From Mycobacterium tuberculosis H37Rv (GTDB lineage Bacteria; Actinomycetota; Actinomycetes; Mycobacteriales; Mycobacteriaceae), in contig NC_000962.3 in assembly GCF_000195955.2 (NCBI RefSeq), positions 3,060,001-3,092,000 of the forward strand: a stretch of DNA of 32,000 nt, given 5' to 3'. Position 1 is the stretch's first letter. Every line of letters starts with the position of its first letter. Positions 1-10,586 of this stretch are shown one piece after another. The notes under the pieces are model-generated. The model made no database searches. It was not told the origin of the DNA and worked only from the letters and a program-made list of their open reading frames with translations. Made by a program: the position numbers and the translations under genes.

Positions 1-2350
1 AGCCGACCCGCAGCTTGCGCTGCAGCATCGACGTCGACCCGAACTGGCTGGACACCACCAGTTCCACGGCCTGCAGGAAGACGTCCATGTCGTCGCCGAT
101 GTCGGGGTCGACGTCGGTGCGCTCCGCGGTGGGTTTAGCCGTGGTGACGCCCTCGGTGTATTCGGGTTCGGCCTGTTCCTTGCAGGCGGTGACGACGGCG
201 TGGATCTCTTCGTCGGAGACGTAAGCGCCCTGCAGCCGGAGGGGTTTGCTCGCACCCATCGGCAAGAACAGGCCGTCGCCCATGCCGATCAGCTTTTCCG
301 CGCCCGCCTGGTCCAGGATCACCCGGCTGTCGGTCAGCGACGAGGTGGCAAACGCCAGCCGCGACGGCACGTTGGTCTTGATCAGCCCGGTGACCACGTC
401 CACCGACGGGCGCTGGGTGGCCAGCACCAGGTGGATGCCGGCGGCGCGGGCTTTCTGGGTGATCCGCACGATGGCGTCCTCGACGTCACGCGGCGCGGTC
501 ATCATGAGGTCGGCCAACTCGTCGACGATGGCCACCACGTAGGGGTAGGGCCGATACTCGCGCTGGCTGCCCAGCGGCGCGGTGATGGCCCCGGATCGCA
601 CCTTGTCGTTGAAGTCGTCGATGTGGCGCACCCGGGAGGCCTGCATGTCCTGGTAGCGCTGCTCCATCTCGTCGACCAGCCAGGCCAGCGCGGCCGCGGC
701 CTTCTTCGGCTGGGTGATGATCGGCGTGATCAGATGCGGAATGCCTTCATACGGCGTCAGTTCCACCATCTTCGGGTCGATCAGGATCATCCTGACCTCT
801 TCCGGGGTGGCCCGGGTCAACAGCGACACCAGCATGGAGTTGACGAAGCTGGACTTTCCCGAGCCCGTCGAGCCGGCCACCAGCAGGTGCGGCATCTTGG
901 CCAGGTTGGCCGAGATGAAGTCGCCTTCGATGTCCTTGCCCAGCCCGATCACCAACGGATGATGGTCGCGACGGGTCTCTCGTGCGGTGAGCACGTCGGC
1001 CAACCGCACCATTTCCCGGTCGGTGTTGGGTACCTCGATGCCGACGGCGGACTTGCCGGGGATCGGTGCCAGCATGCGCACGCTCTCGGTAGCCACCGCG
1101 TAGGCGATGTTGCGCTGCAGCGCGGTGATCTTCTCGACCTTGACGCCGGGCCCCAGTTCGACCTCGTAGCGGGTGACGGTGGGCCCGCGGGTGCAGCCCG
1201 TGACGGCCGCGTCGACCTTGAACTGGGTCAGCACCTCACCGATGGCGCCGGCCATGTGGGTGTTGGCCGCACTGCGTTTCTTGGGCGGATCACCGGATAT
1301 CAGCAGGTCCAGCGACGGCAGCGTGTAGGGACCCTCGACGATCCGGTCCAGCACTTGGGTATCTTTGCGGCGGCCGCGTCTTCCGGAGCCCCGACCGGCG
1401 GAGGCTTCCGGTATCGTCGCAGTGTCATCCTGCGGAACCTCGGCCGACGGCCAGGCCGGTGGCCCGTCGTCGGAGCACAGGGGCACCTCGTCGTAGTAAC
1501 CGTCGGAGAAGTCCTGGCGGGCGACTTCGACGGTGTCCGCGTCGTCACCATCGAAGTCCGCGAAGTCCTCGAAGTCGTCGGCGTATTCCCGTGGCAACAG
1601 CCGGGTGCCGAACATGGCGCGCATGGCATCTGGCACCTCTCGGATCGTGATCCCGGCCAGCAGGAGCAATCCGAACAGCGCGCCGATGAATAACAGCGGC
1701 GCGGCGATCCAGGCGGTCAACCCGTCCGAGAGCGGCCCGCCGATCGCGAAACCGATGAACCCCGCGGCGCGCAAACGCGACTCCGGGGCCTCGGGTGAGC
1801 CCGCCCACAGGTGGCACAAGCCGAGAAACGACAAGCCGATCAGGCTGGCGCCGAGGATCAGCCGCGGCCGCGAATCGGGGTTGGGCGACGTACGCATCAG
1901 CACCACGGCCACGGCGGCGGCAACCAGCGGGAGCATGACCACTGCCGACCCGATGAACGTCCGCAACAAGGCGTCGACCCACGCGCCGAGCGGCCGGGCG
2001 GCGTCGAACCACGAGCTCGCGGCGACTACCACGGCAAGGCCGAGCAGCACCAGCGCGATTCCGTCGCGGCGATGCCCGGGCTCGATGTCGCGGGCTCGCC
2101 CGATCGACCGCGCCGCGCCGCCGGTGCCCTTGGCCGCCATCATCCAGACGGCACGCATGGCCCGGCCGCAGGCGAGTCCGGTAGACACCAGCAGCGACCG
2201 ATGGTGCCGTCGGGAGGGTCTGCCGACCCCTTTGACGGGCCTCGACCTCTTTCTGGGCACGGCCGATCGCGCACTTCGGGACGCGCCCCGCGAAGTGGCC
2301 TTTGACCTGCTCGTTCGAGTGCCGGAGCGGGCAACGGTCTTGCTAGACAT
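1..2350 (-). CDS. ftsK: DNA translocase FtsK (first 783 codons; 3' end runs off the window at position 1)
   Basis: Absent from the ORF track because no stop codon lies inside the window. Hand translation of the minus strand from ATG 2350-2348 gives MSSKTVARSG..., then hydrophobic N-terminal helices. It continues with Walker A GSTGSGKS, Walker B VVAIVDELADLMM, ATQRPSVDVVTGLIKTNVPSRLAF and the start of the gamma domain (FLQAVELVVSSQFGSTSMLQRKLRVG). Plus-strand ORFs 200-1693 and 1533-2504 are its antisense shadows. Confidence 0.93.
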   Translation of the reverse strand, partial: MSSKTVARSGTRTSRSKATSRGASRSARSAVPRKRSRPVKGVGRPSRRHHRSLLVSTGLACGRAMRAVWMMAAKGTGGAARSIGRARDIEPGHRRDGIALVLLGLAVVVAASSWFDAARPLGAWVDALLRTFIGSAVVMLPLVAAAVAVVLMRTSPNPDSRPRLILGASLIGLSFLGLCHLWAGSPEAPESRLRAAGFIGFAIGGPLSDGLTAWIAAPLLFIGALFGLLLLAGITIREVPDAMRAMFGTRLLPREYADDFEDFADFDGDDADTVEVARQDFSDGYYDEVPLCSDDGPPAWPSAEVPQDDTATIPEASAGRGSGRRGRRKDTQVLDRIVEGPYTLPSLDLLISGDPPKKRSAANTHMAGAIGEVLTQFKVDAAVTGCTRGPTVTRYEVELGPGVKVEKITALQRNIAYAVATESVRMLAPIPGKSAVGIEVPNTDREMVRLADVLTARETRRDHHPLVIGLGKDIEGDFISANLAKMPHLLVAGSTGSGKSSFVNSMLVSLLTRATPEEVRMILIDPKMVELTPYEGIPHLITPIITQPKKAAAALAWLVDEMEQRYQDMQASRVRHIDDFNDKVRSGAITAPLGSQREYRPYPYVVAIVDELADLMMTAPRDVEDAIVRITQKARAAGIHLVLATQRPSVDVVTGLIKTNVPSRLAFATSSLTDSRVILDQAGAEKLIGMGDGLFLPMGASKPLRLQGAYVSDEEIHAVVTACKEQAEPEYTEGVTTAKPTAERTDVDPDIGDDMDVFLQAVELVVSSQFGSTSMLQRKLRVG

Positions 2351-2504
2351 AACGGCAAGCCTAGTCGCTATCACACCATCTACACCATCCGCCACACTGG
2401 TAACGGCGATCTGCTCGCCTCGTTGCCAGGGTCTCCTGAGTAGGGTGACAAGTGATCGTGCCGCGTCACGCCGCCCGACGCGCGGAGTTCCAGGAGGCCC
2501 CAGC

Positions 2505-2819
2505 ATGCCCGTCGTCGTCGTCGCCACGCTGACCGCCAAGCCTGAATCGGTCGACACCGTCCGCGACATCCTCACCCGCGCGGTCGATGACGTGCACCGC
2601 GAACCCGGCTGCCAGTTGTACGCGCTCCACGAAACCGGCGAGACCTTCATCTTCGTTGAGCAATGGGCCGATGCCGAGGCGCTCAAGGCCCATAGCGGCG
2701 CCCCCGCGGTTGCCACCATGTTTACCGCGGCCGGCGAGCACCTGGTCGGGGCGCCGGACATCAAACTGCTGCAGCCGGTTCCCGCCGGCGACCCGAGCAA
2801 AGGGCAGCTGCGCCGGTGA
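2505..2819 (+). CDS. small ABM-domain (antibiotic-biosynthesis-monooxygenase-like) protein, 104 aa (Rv2749-like)
   Basis: Only the last 104 codons of track ORF 1533-2819 are credible. ATG 2505 is preceded by CAGGAGG (2491-2497). [16 protein letters not shown]...[20 protein letters not shown] fits the ~100-aa ferredoxin-like ABM pattern. Confidence 0.85.
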
Positions 2820-3634
2820 TCGACCGGCCACTCGAAGGCAAGGTCGCCTTCATCACCGGCGCCGCGCGCGGCTTGGGCCGCGCACACGCGGTTCGACTGG
2901 CAGCCGACGGCGCGAACATCATCGCGGTTGACATCTGCGAGCAGATCGCCAGCGTGCCTTATCCGTTGAGCACCGCCGACGACCTGGCGGCCACCGTCGA
3001 GCTCGTCGAGGACGCCGGCGGCGGGATCGTGGCCAGACAGGGCGACGTTCGCGATCGCGCATCACTGTCGGTCGCATTGCAGGCGGGCCTTGACGAGTTC
3101 GGCCGGCTCGACATCGTGGTGGCCAATGCCGGTATCGCGATGATGCAGGCCGGCGACGACGGCTGGCGCGACGTTATCGACGTCAACCTCACCGGCGTCT
3201 TCCACACCGTACAGGTGGCGATCCCGACCCTGATCGAGCAGGGCACCGGTGGGTCGATCGTGTTGATCAGCTCGGCCGCGGGACTGGTCGGCATCGGCAG
3301 CAGTGATCCCGGATCGCTTGGCTACGCGGCCGCCAAGCACGGCGTCGTCGGCCTGATGAGGGCGTACGCGAACCATCTGGCACCGCAAAACATTCGGGTT
3401 AACTCGGTACATCCTTGCGGGGTCGATACGCCGATGATCAACAATGAGTTCTTCCAGCAGTGGCTAACCACTGCTGACATGGACGCGCCGCACAACCTGG
3501 GTAACGCGCTGCCCGTCGAGCTGGTGCAGCCAACCGACATCGCCAACGCGGTGGCATGGCTGGCGTCCGAGGAGGCGCGCTATGTCACCGGCGTCACCTT
3601 GCCGGTCGACGCGGGCTTTGTGAACAAGAGGTAG
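2816..3634 (+). CDS. short-chain dehydrogenase/reductase, carveol-dehydrogenase / mycofactocin-coupled SDR subfamily (Rv2750-like)
   Basis: GTG 2816 overlaps the upstream stop (GTGA). It has TGAARGLG cofactor motif, NAG, and catalytic YAAAKHG (YxxxK). The insertion [29 protein letters not shown] after beta-2 is, by my recollection, characteristic of the actinobacterial subfamily with tightly bound NAD. Confidence 0.88.
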
Positions 3635-3637
3635 CTG

Positions 3638-4528
3638 ATGGCTCGAAATCCCGCTGCGCAGACCGCCTTCGGCCCGATGGTGTTGGCGGCCGTGGAGCAA
3701 AACGAACCACCTGGCCGCCGCCTGGTGGACGACGACCTCGCGGACTTGTTCTTGCCCAGACCATTGCGATGGCTGGCCGGTGCAACCCGGTCGGCGGTGT
3801 TGCGTCGTTTACTCATTAGCGCCTCGGAGTGGTCCGGCCGCGGGTTATGGGCCAATCTGGCCTGCCGTAAACGCTTCATCGGAGACAAACTCGACGAAGC
3901 GCTCGGCGACATCGACGCGGTTGTCATCCTCGGAGCCGGATTGGACACCCGTGCCTACCGGTTGACGCGACGAGTGCGGATGCCGGTATTCGAGGTCGAC
4001 CTGCCGGTCAACATCGCCCGCAAGGCCAAGACGGTCCGACGGGTGCTCGGTGAACTGCCGCTGTCGGTTCGCTTGGTTGCATTGGATTTCGAGCATGACG
4101 ACCTGCTCACCGCTCTGGCCGAGCACGGCTACCGTACCGAGTACCGGGTGTTCTTCGTCTGCGAAGGTGTGACCCAATACCTCACCGAGCGGGCCGTCCG
4201 GCGGACCTTGGAGGGCCTACGCGCGGCCGCACCGGGCAGTCGAATGGTATTCACCTACGTCCGCCGGGACTTCATTGACGGCACCAACCGTTACGGTACC
4301 CGGACGCTATACCACACGGTTCGCCAGCGACGTCAACTGTGGCACTTCGGCTTAGATCCCGAGGAAGTAGCCGGGTTTCTCGCCGACTACGGTTGGCGGC
4401 TGACCGAGCAGGCCGGGCCGGAGGAGCTTGTCCAGCGCTACGTCGAGCCCACCGGCCGCAACCTCAACGCATCACAAATCGAGTGGTCTGCCTACGCCGA
4501 GAAGAGTGAGCCGGTTACACCTCGATGA
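3638..4528 (+). CDS. class I SAM-dependent (O-)methyltransferase, mycobacterial TIGR00027 / leucine-carboxyl-MT-like family (Rv2751-like)
   Basis: ATG lies 3 nt after the SDR stop. It has VVILGAGLDTRAYRL (SAM-binding motif I of this family), FEVDLP and a FVCEGVTQYL post-I/II pattern. Length 296 aa. Confidence 0.85.
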   Translation: MARNPAAQTAFGPMVLAAVEQNEPPGRRLVDDDLADLFLPRPLRWLAGATRSAVLRRLLISASEWSGRGLWANLACRKRFIGDKLDEALGDIDAVVILGAGLDTRAYRLTRRVRMPVFEVDLPVNIARKAKTVRRVLGELPLSVRLVALDFEHDDLLTALAEHGYRTEYRVFFVCEGVTQYLTERAVRRTLEGLRAAAPGSRMVFTYVRRDFIDGTNRYGTRTLYHTVRQRRQLWHFGLDPEEVAGFLADYGWRLTEQAGPEELVQRYVEPTGRNLNASQIEWSAYAEKSEPVTPR

Positions 4529-6191
4529 CCGTCGGCACAATCATCGGCTGGCGGCGATAGGTTTCCCCCACCCACTTGCCGACCGTGCGGCGCACCCCTT
4601 GAGCGATCCGGATCGGATCGGTGACGTTGGCGGCCACCAACGATTCCAGCTCTGCCTCCACCTTGCGCACGGCGGGTTCGAGCGCCTTGGGATCTTCGGA
4701 GAAACCCCGCGAGTGTAGATGTGGCGCAGCCAACGGCTGGCCGGTGCCACGTCTGACCACGACGGTCACCGCGACAAAGCCCGACGACAAAATGAGCCGC
4801 TCGCCCAGGGTGATATCGCCGACGTCGCCGGCGATCAAGCCGTCGACGAACATCTTGCCCACCGGCACCGCACCGGAGATACTGGCTTTGCCGGCAACCA
4901 GGTCGACGCTGACACCGTTCTCGGCCAACAGAATTGACTCTTGCGGTACGCCGGTACTGGCGGCCAGCTTGGCATTGGCGCGCAGCATCCGCCAGGTTCC
5001 GTGCACCGGCATCACGTTGCGCGGCCGCACCCCGTTGTAGAGGAACAGCAGCTCACCGGCGTACGCGTGGCCGGAAACATGCACCCTTGCTTGGGCGTTG
5101 GTGACGACTCTGGCGCCGATCTTGGACAGTGCATCGATGACTCCGAAGACCGCCTCCTCGTTGCCGGGGATCAGCGACGACGACAACACGATGAGATCAC
5201 CAGCAGTCAACGTGATGCTGCGATGCTCCCCACGCGACATTCGCGACAACGCCGACATCGGCTCGCCTTGGGTGCCGGTGGTGATCAACACAACTTGGTC
5301 GGGCGCCATCGTTTCGGCGGCGGCGATGTCGATGAGATCGGAATCAGCCACTCGTAGGAAGCCCAGTTGCCTTGCGACGCGCATGTTGCGCACCATCGAT
5401 CGGCCGACGAACGACACTCGCCGGCCCAATGCCACTGCGGCATCGATGATCTGCTGTACCCGATCCACGTTGGAGGCGAAACACGCAACTATCACCCGTC
5501 CGTCGGCACCCCGGATGAGCCGGTGCAGCGTTGGGCCCACTTCGCTTTCCGATGGCCCGACACCGGGGATCTCGGCGTTCGTCGAGTCGCACAGCAACAG
5601 GTCCACGCCGGTGTCGCCGAGCCGCGACATGCCCGGTAGATCGGTGGGACGGCCGTCCGGTGGCAATTGGTCGAACTTGATGTCGCCGGTGTGCAGGATG
5701 GTTCCCGCGCCGGTATACACCGCGATGGCCAACGCGTCCGGAGTGGAATGGTTGACGGCGAAGTACTCGCACTCAAACACGCCGTGCCGGGTGCTCTGGC
5801 CCTCGCGGACCTCGACGAACACCGGTGTTATGCGGTACTCACGACATTTCTCTGCAACCAGAGCCAAGGTGAACTTCGAGCCGACGACCGGGATGTCGGG
5901 TCGCAGCTTGAGCAGAAACGGAATCGCCCCGATGTGGTCCTCGTGCCCGTGGGTCAACACCAGCGCCTCGATGTCGTCAAGCCGGTCTTCGACATGGCGC
6001 ATGTCCGGCAGGATCAGATCGACACCGGGCTCGTCGTGGCCAGGAAACAACACACCGCAGTCGATAATCAACAGTCGGCCCAGGTGTTCGAAAACCGTCA
6101 TGTTGCGGCCGATTTCGTTGATGCCGCCCAGCGCGGTGACCCGCAACCCGCCGGAGGTCAGGGGACCTGGCGGGGGAAGGTCTACATCCAC
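4515..6191 (-). CDS. rnj: ribonuclease J (metallo-beta-lactamase / beta-CASP RNase)
   Basis: 558 aa with LVLTHGHEDHIGAIPFLL (HxHxDH), a beta-CASP region and an RNase J C-terminal domain. The 3' end overlaps the convergent methyltransferase gene by 14 nt. Confidence 0.93.
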   Translation of the reverse strand: MDVDLPPPGPLTSGGLRVTALGGINEIGRNMTVFEHLGRLLIIDCGVLFPGHDEPGVDLILPDMRHVEDRLDDIEALVLTHGHEDHIGAIPFLLKLRPDIPVVGSKFTLALVAEKCREYRITPVFVEVREGQSTRHGVFECEYFAVNHSTPDALAIAVYTGAGTILHTGDIKFDQLPPDGRPTDLPGMSRLGDTGVDLLLCDSTNAEIPGVGPSESEVGPTLHRLIRGADGRVIVACFASNVDRVQQIIDAAVALGRRVSFVGRSMVRNMRVARQLGFLRVADSDLIDIAAAETMAPDQVVLITTGTQGEPMSALSRMSRGEHRSITLTAGDLIVLSSSLIPGNEEAVFGVIDALSKIGARVVTNAQARVHVSGHAYAGELLFLYNGVRPRNVMPVHGTWRMLRANAKLAASTGVPQESILLAENGVSVDLVAGKASISGAVPVGKMFVDGLIAGDVGDITLGERLILSSGFVAVTVVVRRGTGQPLAAPHLHSRGFSEDPKALEPAVRKVEAELESLVAANVTDPIRIAQGVRRTVGKWVGETYRRQPMIVPTVIEV

Positions 6192-6221
6192 TTCTGGGCC
6201 ACCCTTTGGCTCACCTTTAGA

Positions 6222-7958
<1,737 letters not shown>

Positions 7959-7971
7959 GCGCCGGCCGCAA

Positions 7972-8184
7972 CTAGACGAACTCGGTGTGGCAGGTCAGCC
8001 CGGGCTCCCGGCGCAGACGCGGGTCCGCGGTCAGCAGGGGGATGTCGAGGTGACTGGCCAGTGCCACGTAGAGGGCGTCGTAAAACGTGAAGTTGTGCCG
8101 CAGGGTCCACGCCCGTCGAGCGTCCGCGTTGGCGCTGGCTCCCAGAGTTGAACCCCACCAAATCTGTTGCCTGAAGAAGCCGAT
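7972..8184 (-). pseudogene. start-less 3' remnant of a PIN-domain VapC toxin gene
   Basis: Not in the ORF track (no start codon). The minus-strand frame is open from 8184 to TAG 7974-7972. It reads [70 protein letters not shown]. The last ~48 residues match the conserved VapC C-terminus pattern (N-x-T-x-YDA-x-YVALA...PLLT-x-D-x-RL). The N-terminal acidic PIN residues and any antitoxin gene are missing. Confidence 0.65.
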
Positions 8185-8188
8185 CTAC

Positions 8189-8464
8189 CTAACGGGGATC
8201 GTTGCCCTTGAAGTCGCGAACAAATAGGCAAGTGTCCAGCGGCCAGATCGGACCCGCAACGAAAGTTGCGGTACCAATCGCCGCACCGCTCCTGCCGATG
8301 GCTACACCGGGACCATCGTACGCAGCTGTGTCATGCATACCGGTCACCCCGAATGACCCGATAACAGGTACCGTTCCAGATCCCCGCGACGCCGCAGGAA
8401 GATCATGTCCTCGCTGCAGCTCAAGGACTTCCCCGAACCGCAAGGTTTTCCATCCATCACTCAT
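8189..8464 (-). CDS. hsdS.1: truncated type I R-M specificity subunit fragment (HsdS.1; 91 aa, part of one target-recognition domain)
   Basis: ATG 8464 overlaps the hsdM stop (ATGA). MSDGWKTLRFGEVLELQRGHDLP...VPVIGSFGVTG...GVAIGRSGAAIGTATFV...WPLDTCLFV follows the N-terminal TRD pattern of HsdS. It stops before any central or C-terminal conserved helix. Confidence 0.75.
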   Translation of the reverse strand: MSDGWKTLRFGEVLELQRGHDLPAASRGSGTVPVIGSFGVTGMHDTAAYDGPGVAIGRSGAAIGTATFVAGPIWPLDTCLFVRDFKGNDPR

Positions 8465-10083
8465 CTAAGCCGCCCCAGTTGCTCCCGCACGACCCTTTCC
8501 AGCCGCGCCGACTCATCGAACGCCTCCAGCAACGCCTTCGACAACCGGGCCATCTTCTCGTCGATCGGCTCTCCGTCGTCCTCGACCGCGGGCGTACCCA
8601 CATACCGCCCCGGCGTGAGCGCATAGTCGGTCGCCTTGATCTCCGCCAACGTCGCCGACTTACAGAACCCCGGAACATCCTCGTACATAATCCCTTTGAC
8701 GGCAGCCGACTTCGACCCGCGCCACGCGTGGAAGGTATCCCCGATGCGGACGATCTCCTCGTTGGTCAGCGCCCGCTCGGCCCGGTCCACTAGGTCGCCC
8801 AGTTCACGAGCGTCGATGAACAGCACCTGCCCGCACCGGTCGATAGACCCTTGCTTACCTGCCGCCTTGTCTTTGGCGAAAAACCACAGGCACACCGGGA
8901 TTCCGGTGCTGCGGAACAGCTGGGTGGGTAACGCGACCATGCAGGAAACCAAATCCGCCTCCACGATCTGCGCGCGAATATCCCCCTCGCCGTTGGAGTT
9001 CGACGACATCGACCCGTTGGCCATCACCACGCCCGCCCGACCTCCCGGCGCCAACTTGTACAGGATGTGCTGAATCCATGCGTAGTTGGCGTTATTGGCG
9101 GGCGGAACACCGAAGCGCCAGCGTGGGTCTTCCTCGTTGCGGGCCCAGTCTTTGATGTTGAACGGCAGATTGGCCATCACGTAGTCCATCTGCACGTCCG
9201 GGTGCTGGTCGCGGGCGAAGGTATCACTCCATCGGGCGCCGAGCCCCTTGTTGTCGATGCCGTGGATGGCGAGGTTCATCTTCGCCATCCGCCAGGTCTC
9301 CTCAATGCTTTCCTGGCCATAGATCGAGACATCCTTCGGATCGCCGTCGTGTTCGTAGATGAACTTCTCGGTCTGCACAAACATGCCTCCGGAACCGCAG
9401 CACGGGTCATACACCCGCCCACTCGACGGCTCCAGCACCTCCACGATCACCTTGACCACGCTGGGCGGGGTAAAGAACTCGCCACCCCGCTTCCCTTCCG
9501 CGCGAGCGAAATTGCCGAGGAAGTATTCGTAGACCTCACCCATCAGATCCCGGGCGCGGTGCTCGCCCTGCCGGCTGAAGCGCGCACTGTTAAATAGGTC
9601 GATCAGCTCACCGAGCCGGCGCTGGTCGATGTTGTCCTTGTTATACAGCCTCGGCAGCGTCCCACCGAGTGTTGGATTGGCCTTCATTACCGCGTCCATC
9701 GCCTCGTCGATCAGCTGACCGATGTTCTTCGCCGGCTCACCACCAACGGCTGGCTTGCCTTTTGTGTTCTCTGCCAAGAACTTCCAGCGCGCACTCACCG
9801 GCACGACGAATACGCCGTAACCCTGGTACTGCTCGGGATCGTCGATCAGGTCTTCTATCTGAGACTCCTCCATTCCTTCGGCCGCCAACTCGGCACGGAT
9901 TGCCTCGCGCCGTTCGTCATACGCGTCGGACACGTACTTAAGGAACACCAGGCCGAGGATCACGTCCTTGTATTGGCTGGCCGACAGCGACCCGCGCAGC
10001 TTGTCGGCGGCCTTCCAGAGCGTGTCTTTGAGCTCCTTCATCGTCGACGGCGCCTGCGGCGCCTGCTTCTTCCTGGGCGGCAT
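8461..10083 (-). CDS. hsdM: type I restriction-modification system DNA methyltransferase subunit HsdM (540 aa, N6-adenine)
   Basis: ATG 10083 has AGGAAGGA upstream. It has an HsdM N-terminal domain (LWKAADKLRGSLSASQYKDVILGLVFLKY), SAM motif I VYDPCCGSGGMF and motif IV at residues 305-308 reading NLPF. The 95 upstream codons of track ORF 8461-10368 overlap vapC21 and are not credible. Confidence 0.93.
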   Translation of the reverse strand: MPPRKKQAPQAPSTMKELKDTLWKAADKLRGSLSASQYKDVILGLVFLKYVSDAYDERREAIRAELAAEGMEESQIEDLIDDPEQYQGYGVFVVPVSARWKFLAENTKGKPAVGGEPAKNIGQLIDEAMDAVMKANPTLGGTLPRLYNKDNIDQRRLGELIDLFNSARFSRQGEHRARDLMGEVYEYFLGNFARAEGKRGGEFFTPPSVVKVIVEVLEPSSGRVYDPCCGSGGMFVQTEKFIYEHDGDPKDVSIYGQESIEETWRMAKMNLAIHGIDNKGLGARWSDTFARDQHPDVQMDYVMANLPFNIKDWARNEEDPRWRFGVPPANNANYAWIQHILYKLAPGGRAGVVMANGSMSSNSNGEGDIRAQIVEADLVSCMVALPTQLFRSTGIPVCLWFFAKDKAAGKQGSIDRCGQVLFIDARELGDLVDRAERALTNEEIVRIGDTFHAWRGSKSAAVKGIMYEDVPGFCKSATLAEIKATDYALTPGRYVGTPAVEDDGEPIDEKMARLSKALLEAFDESARLERVVREQLGRLR

Positions 10084-10169
10084 TCCCGTTTCCTTCCTAT
10101 CGATGCGCCGCGGCGATGCCGGGCGTGGTGGGCCAGCTCCTCGACAACACGAAGGTCGCATCGGGCGAA

Positions 10170-10586
10170 TCACGCTGTCCCTGGGGCCACCACCCATTCC
10201 ACGGGTTGCCGTGTGATGGCGGCGATGCGTTCGAAGTCTTGGTCGTAGTGCATGACGGGTATGCCGTGATGCTCGGCGACCGCCGCAATGATCAAGTCCG
10301 GGATCTTGACCGAGCGGTGAAATCCCTTGTCGGTCAATGCTTCTTGGATCTCCCATGCACGAACCCACACGGTGTCGGGGGTGTTGACGTATTCGAGCGC
10401 GTCACGCCGGTAGGTGCCCAGTGTTCGATGGTCCTCGCGGGAACGCGCCGAGACTCCGAACTCGAGATCGGTAATGCCGCACCGGGCCAGTAGACCGCGT
10501 TCCATCAACGGTTCCAAGCGATGTCGGACCGCGGGCAAGTGCGCGCGGTAAGCCGCTGATTTGTCGAGCAAATAGCGCGTGGTCAT
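10170..10586 (-). CDS. vapC21: PIN-domain ribonuclease toxin VapC21 (138 aa)
   Basis: ATG 10586 overlaps the antitoxin stop (ATGA). MTTRYLLDKSAAYRA... carries conserved acidic PIN positions (LLD..., ITDLEF, IPDLIIAAVAEHHG, HYDQDFERI). Confidence 0.9.
   Translation of the reverse strand: MTTRYLLDKSAAYRAHLPAVRHRLEPLMERGLLARCGITDLEFGVSARSREDHRTLGTYRRDALEYVNTPDTVWVRAWEIQEALTDKGFHRSVKIPDLIIAAVAEHHGIPVMHYDQDFERIAAITRQPVEWVVAPGTA

Noticed and set aside
200-1693. 497-aa plus-strand ORF, plus the 5' part of ORF 1533-2819 and ORFs 246-542 and 714-962
   Set aside because: They are antisense to the clearly recognisable ftsK reading frame. Their composition is Arg/Gly/His/Asp-rich and low-complexity, typical of shadow ORFs in GC-rich DNA, with no motifs.
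10084-10368. 95-codon N-terminal extension of the hsdM ORF
   Set aside because: It overlaps vapC21 and has no similarity to HsdM N-termini. ATG 10083 has a good SD, and the protein from there is full length.
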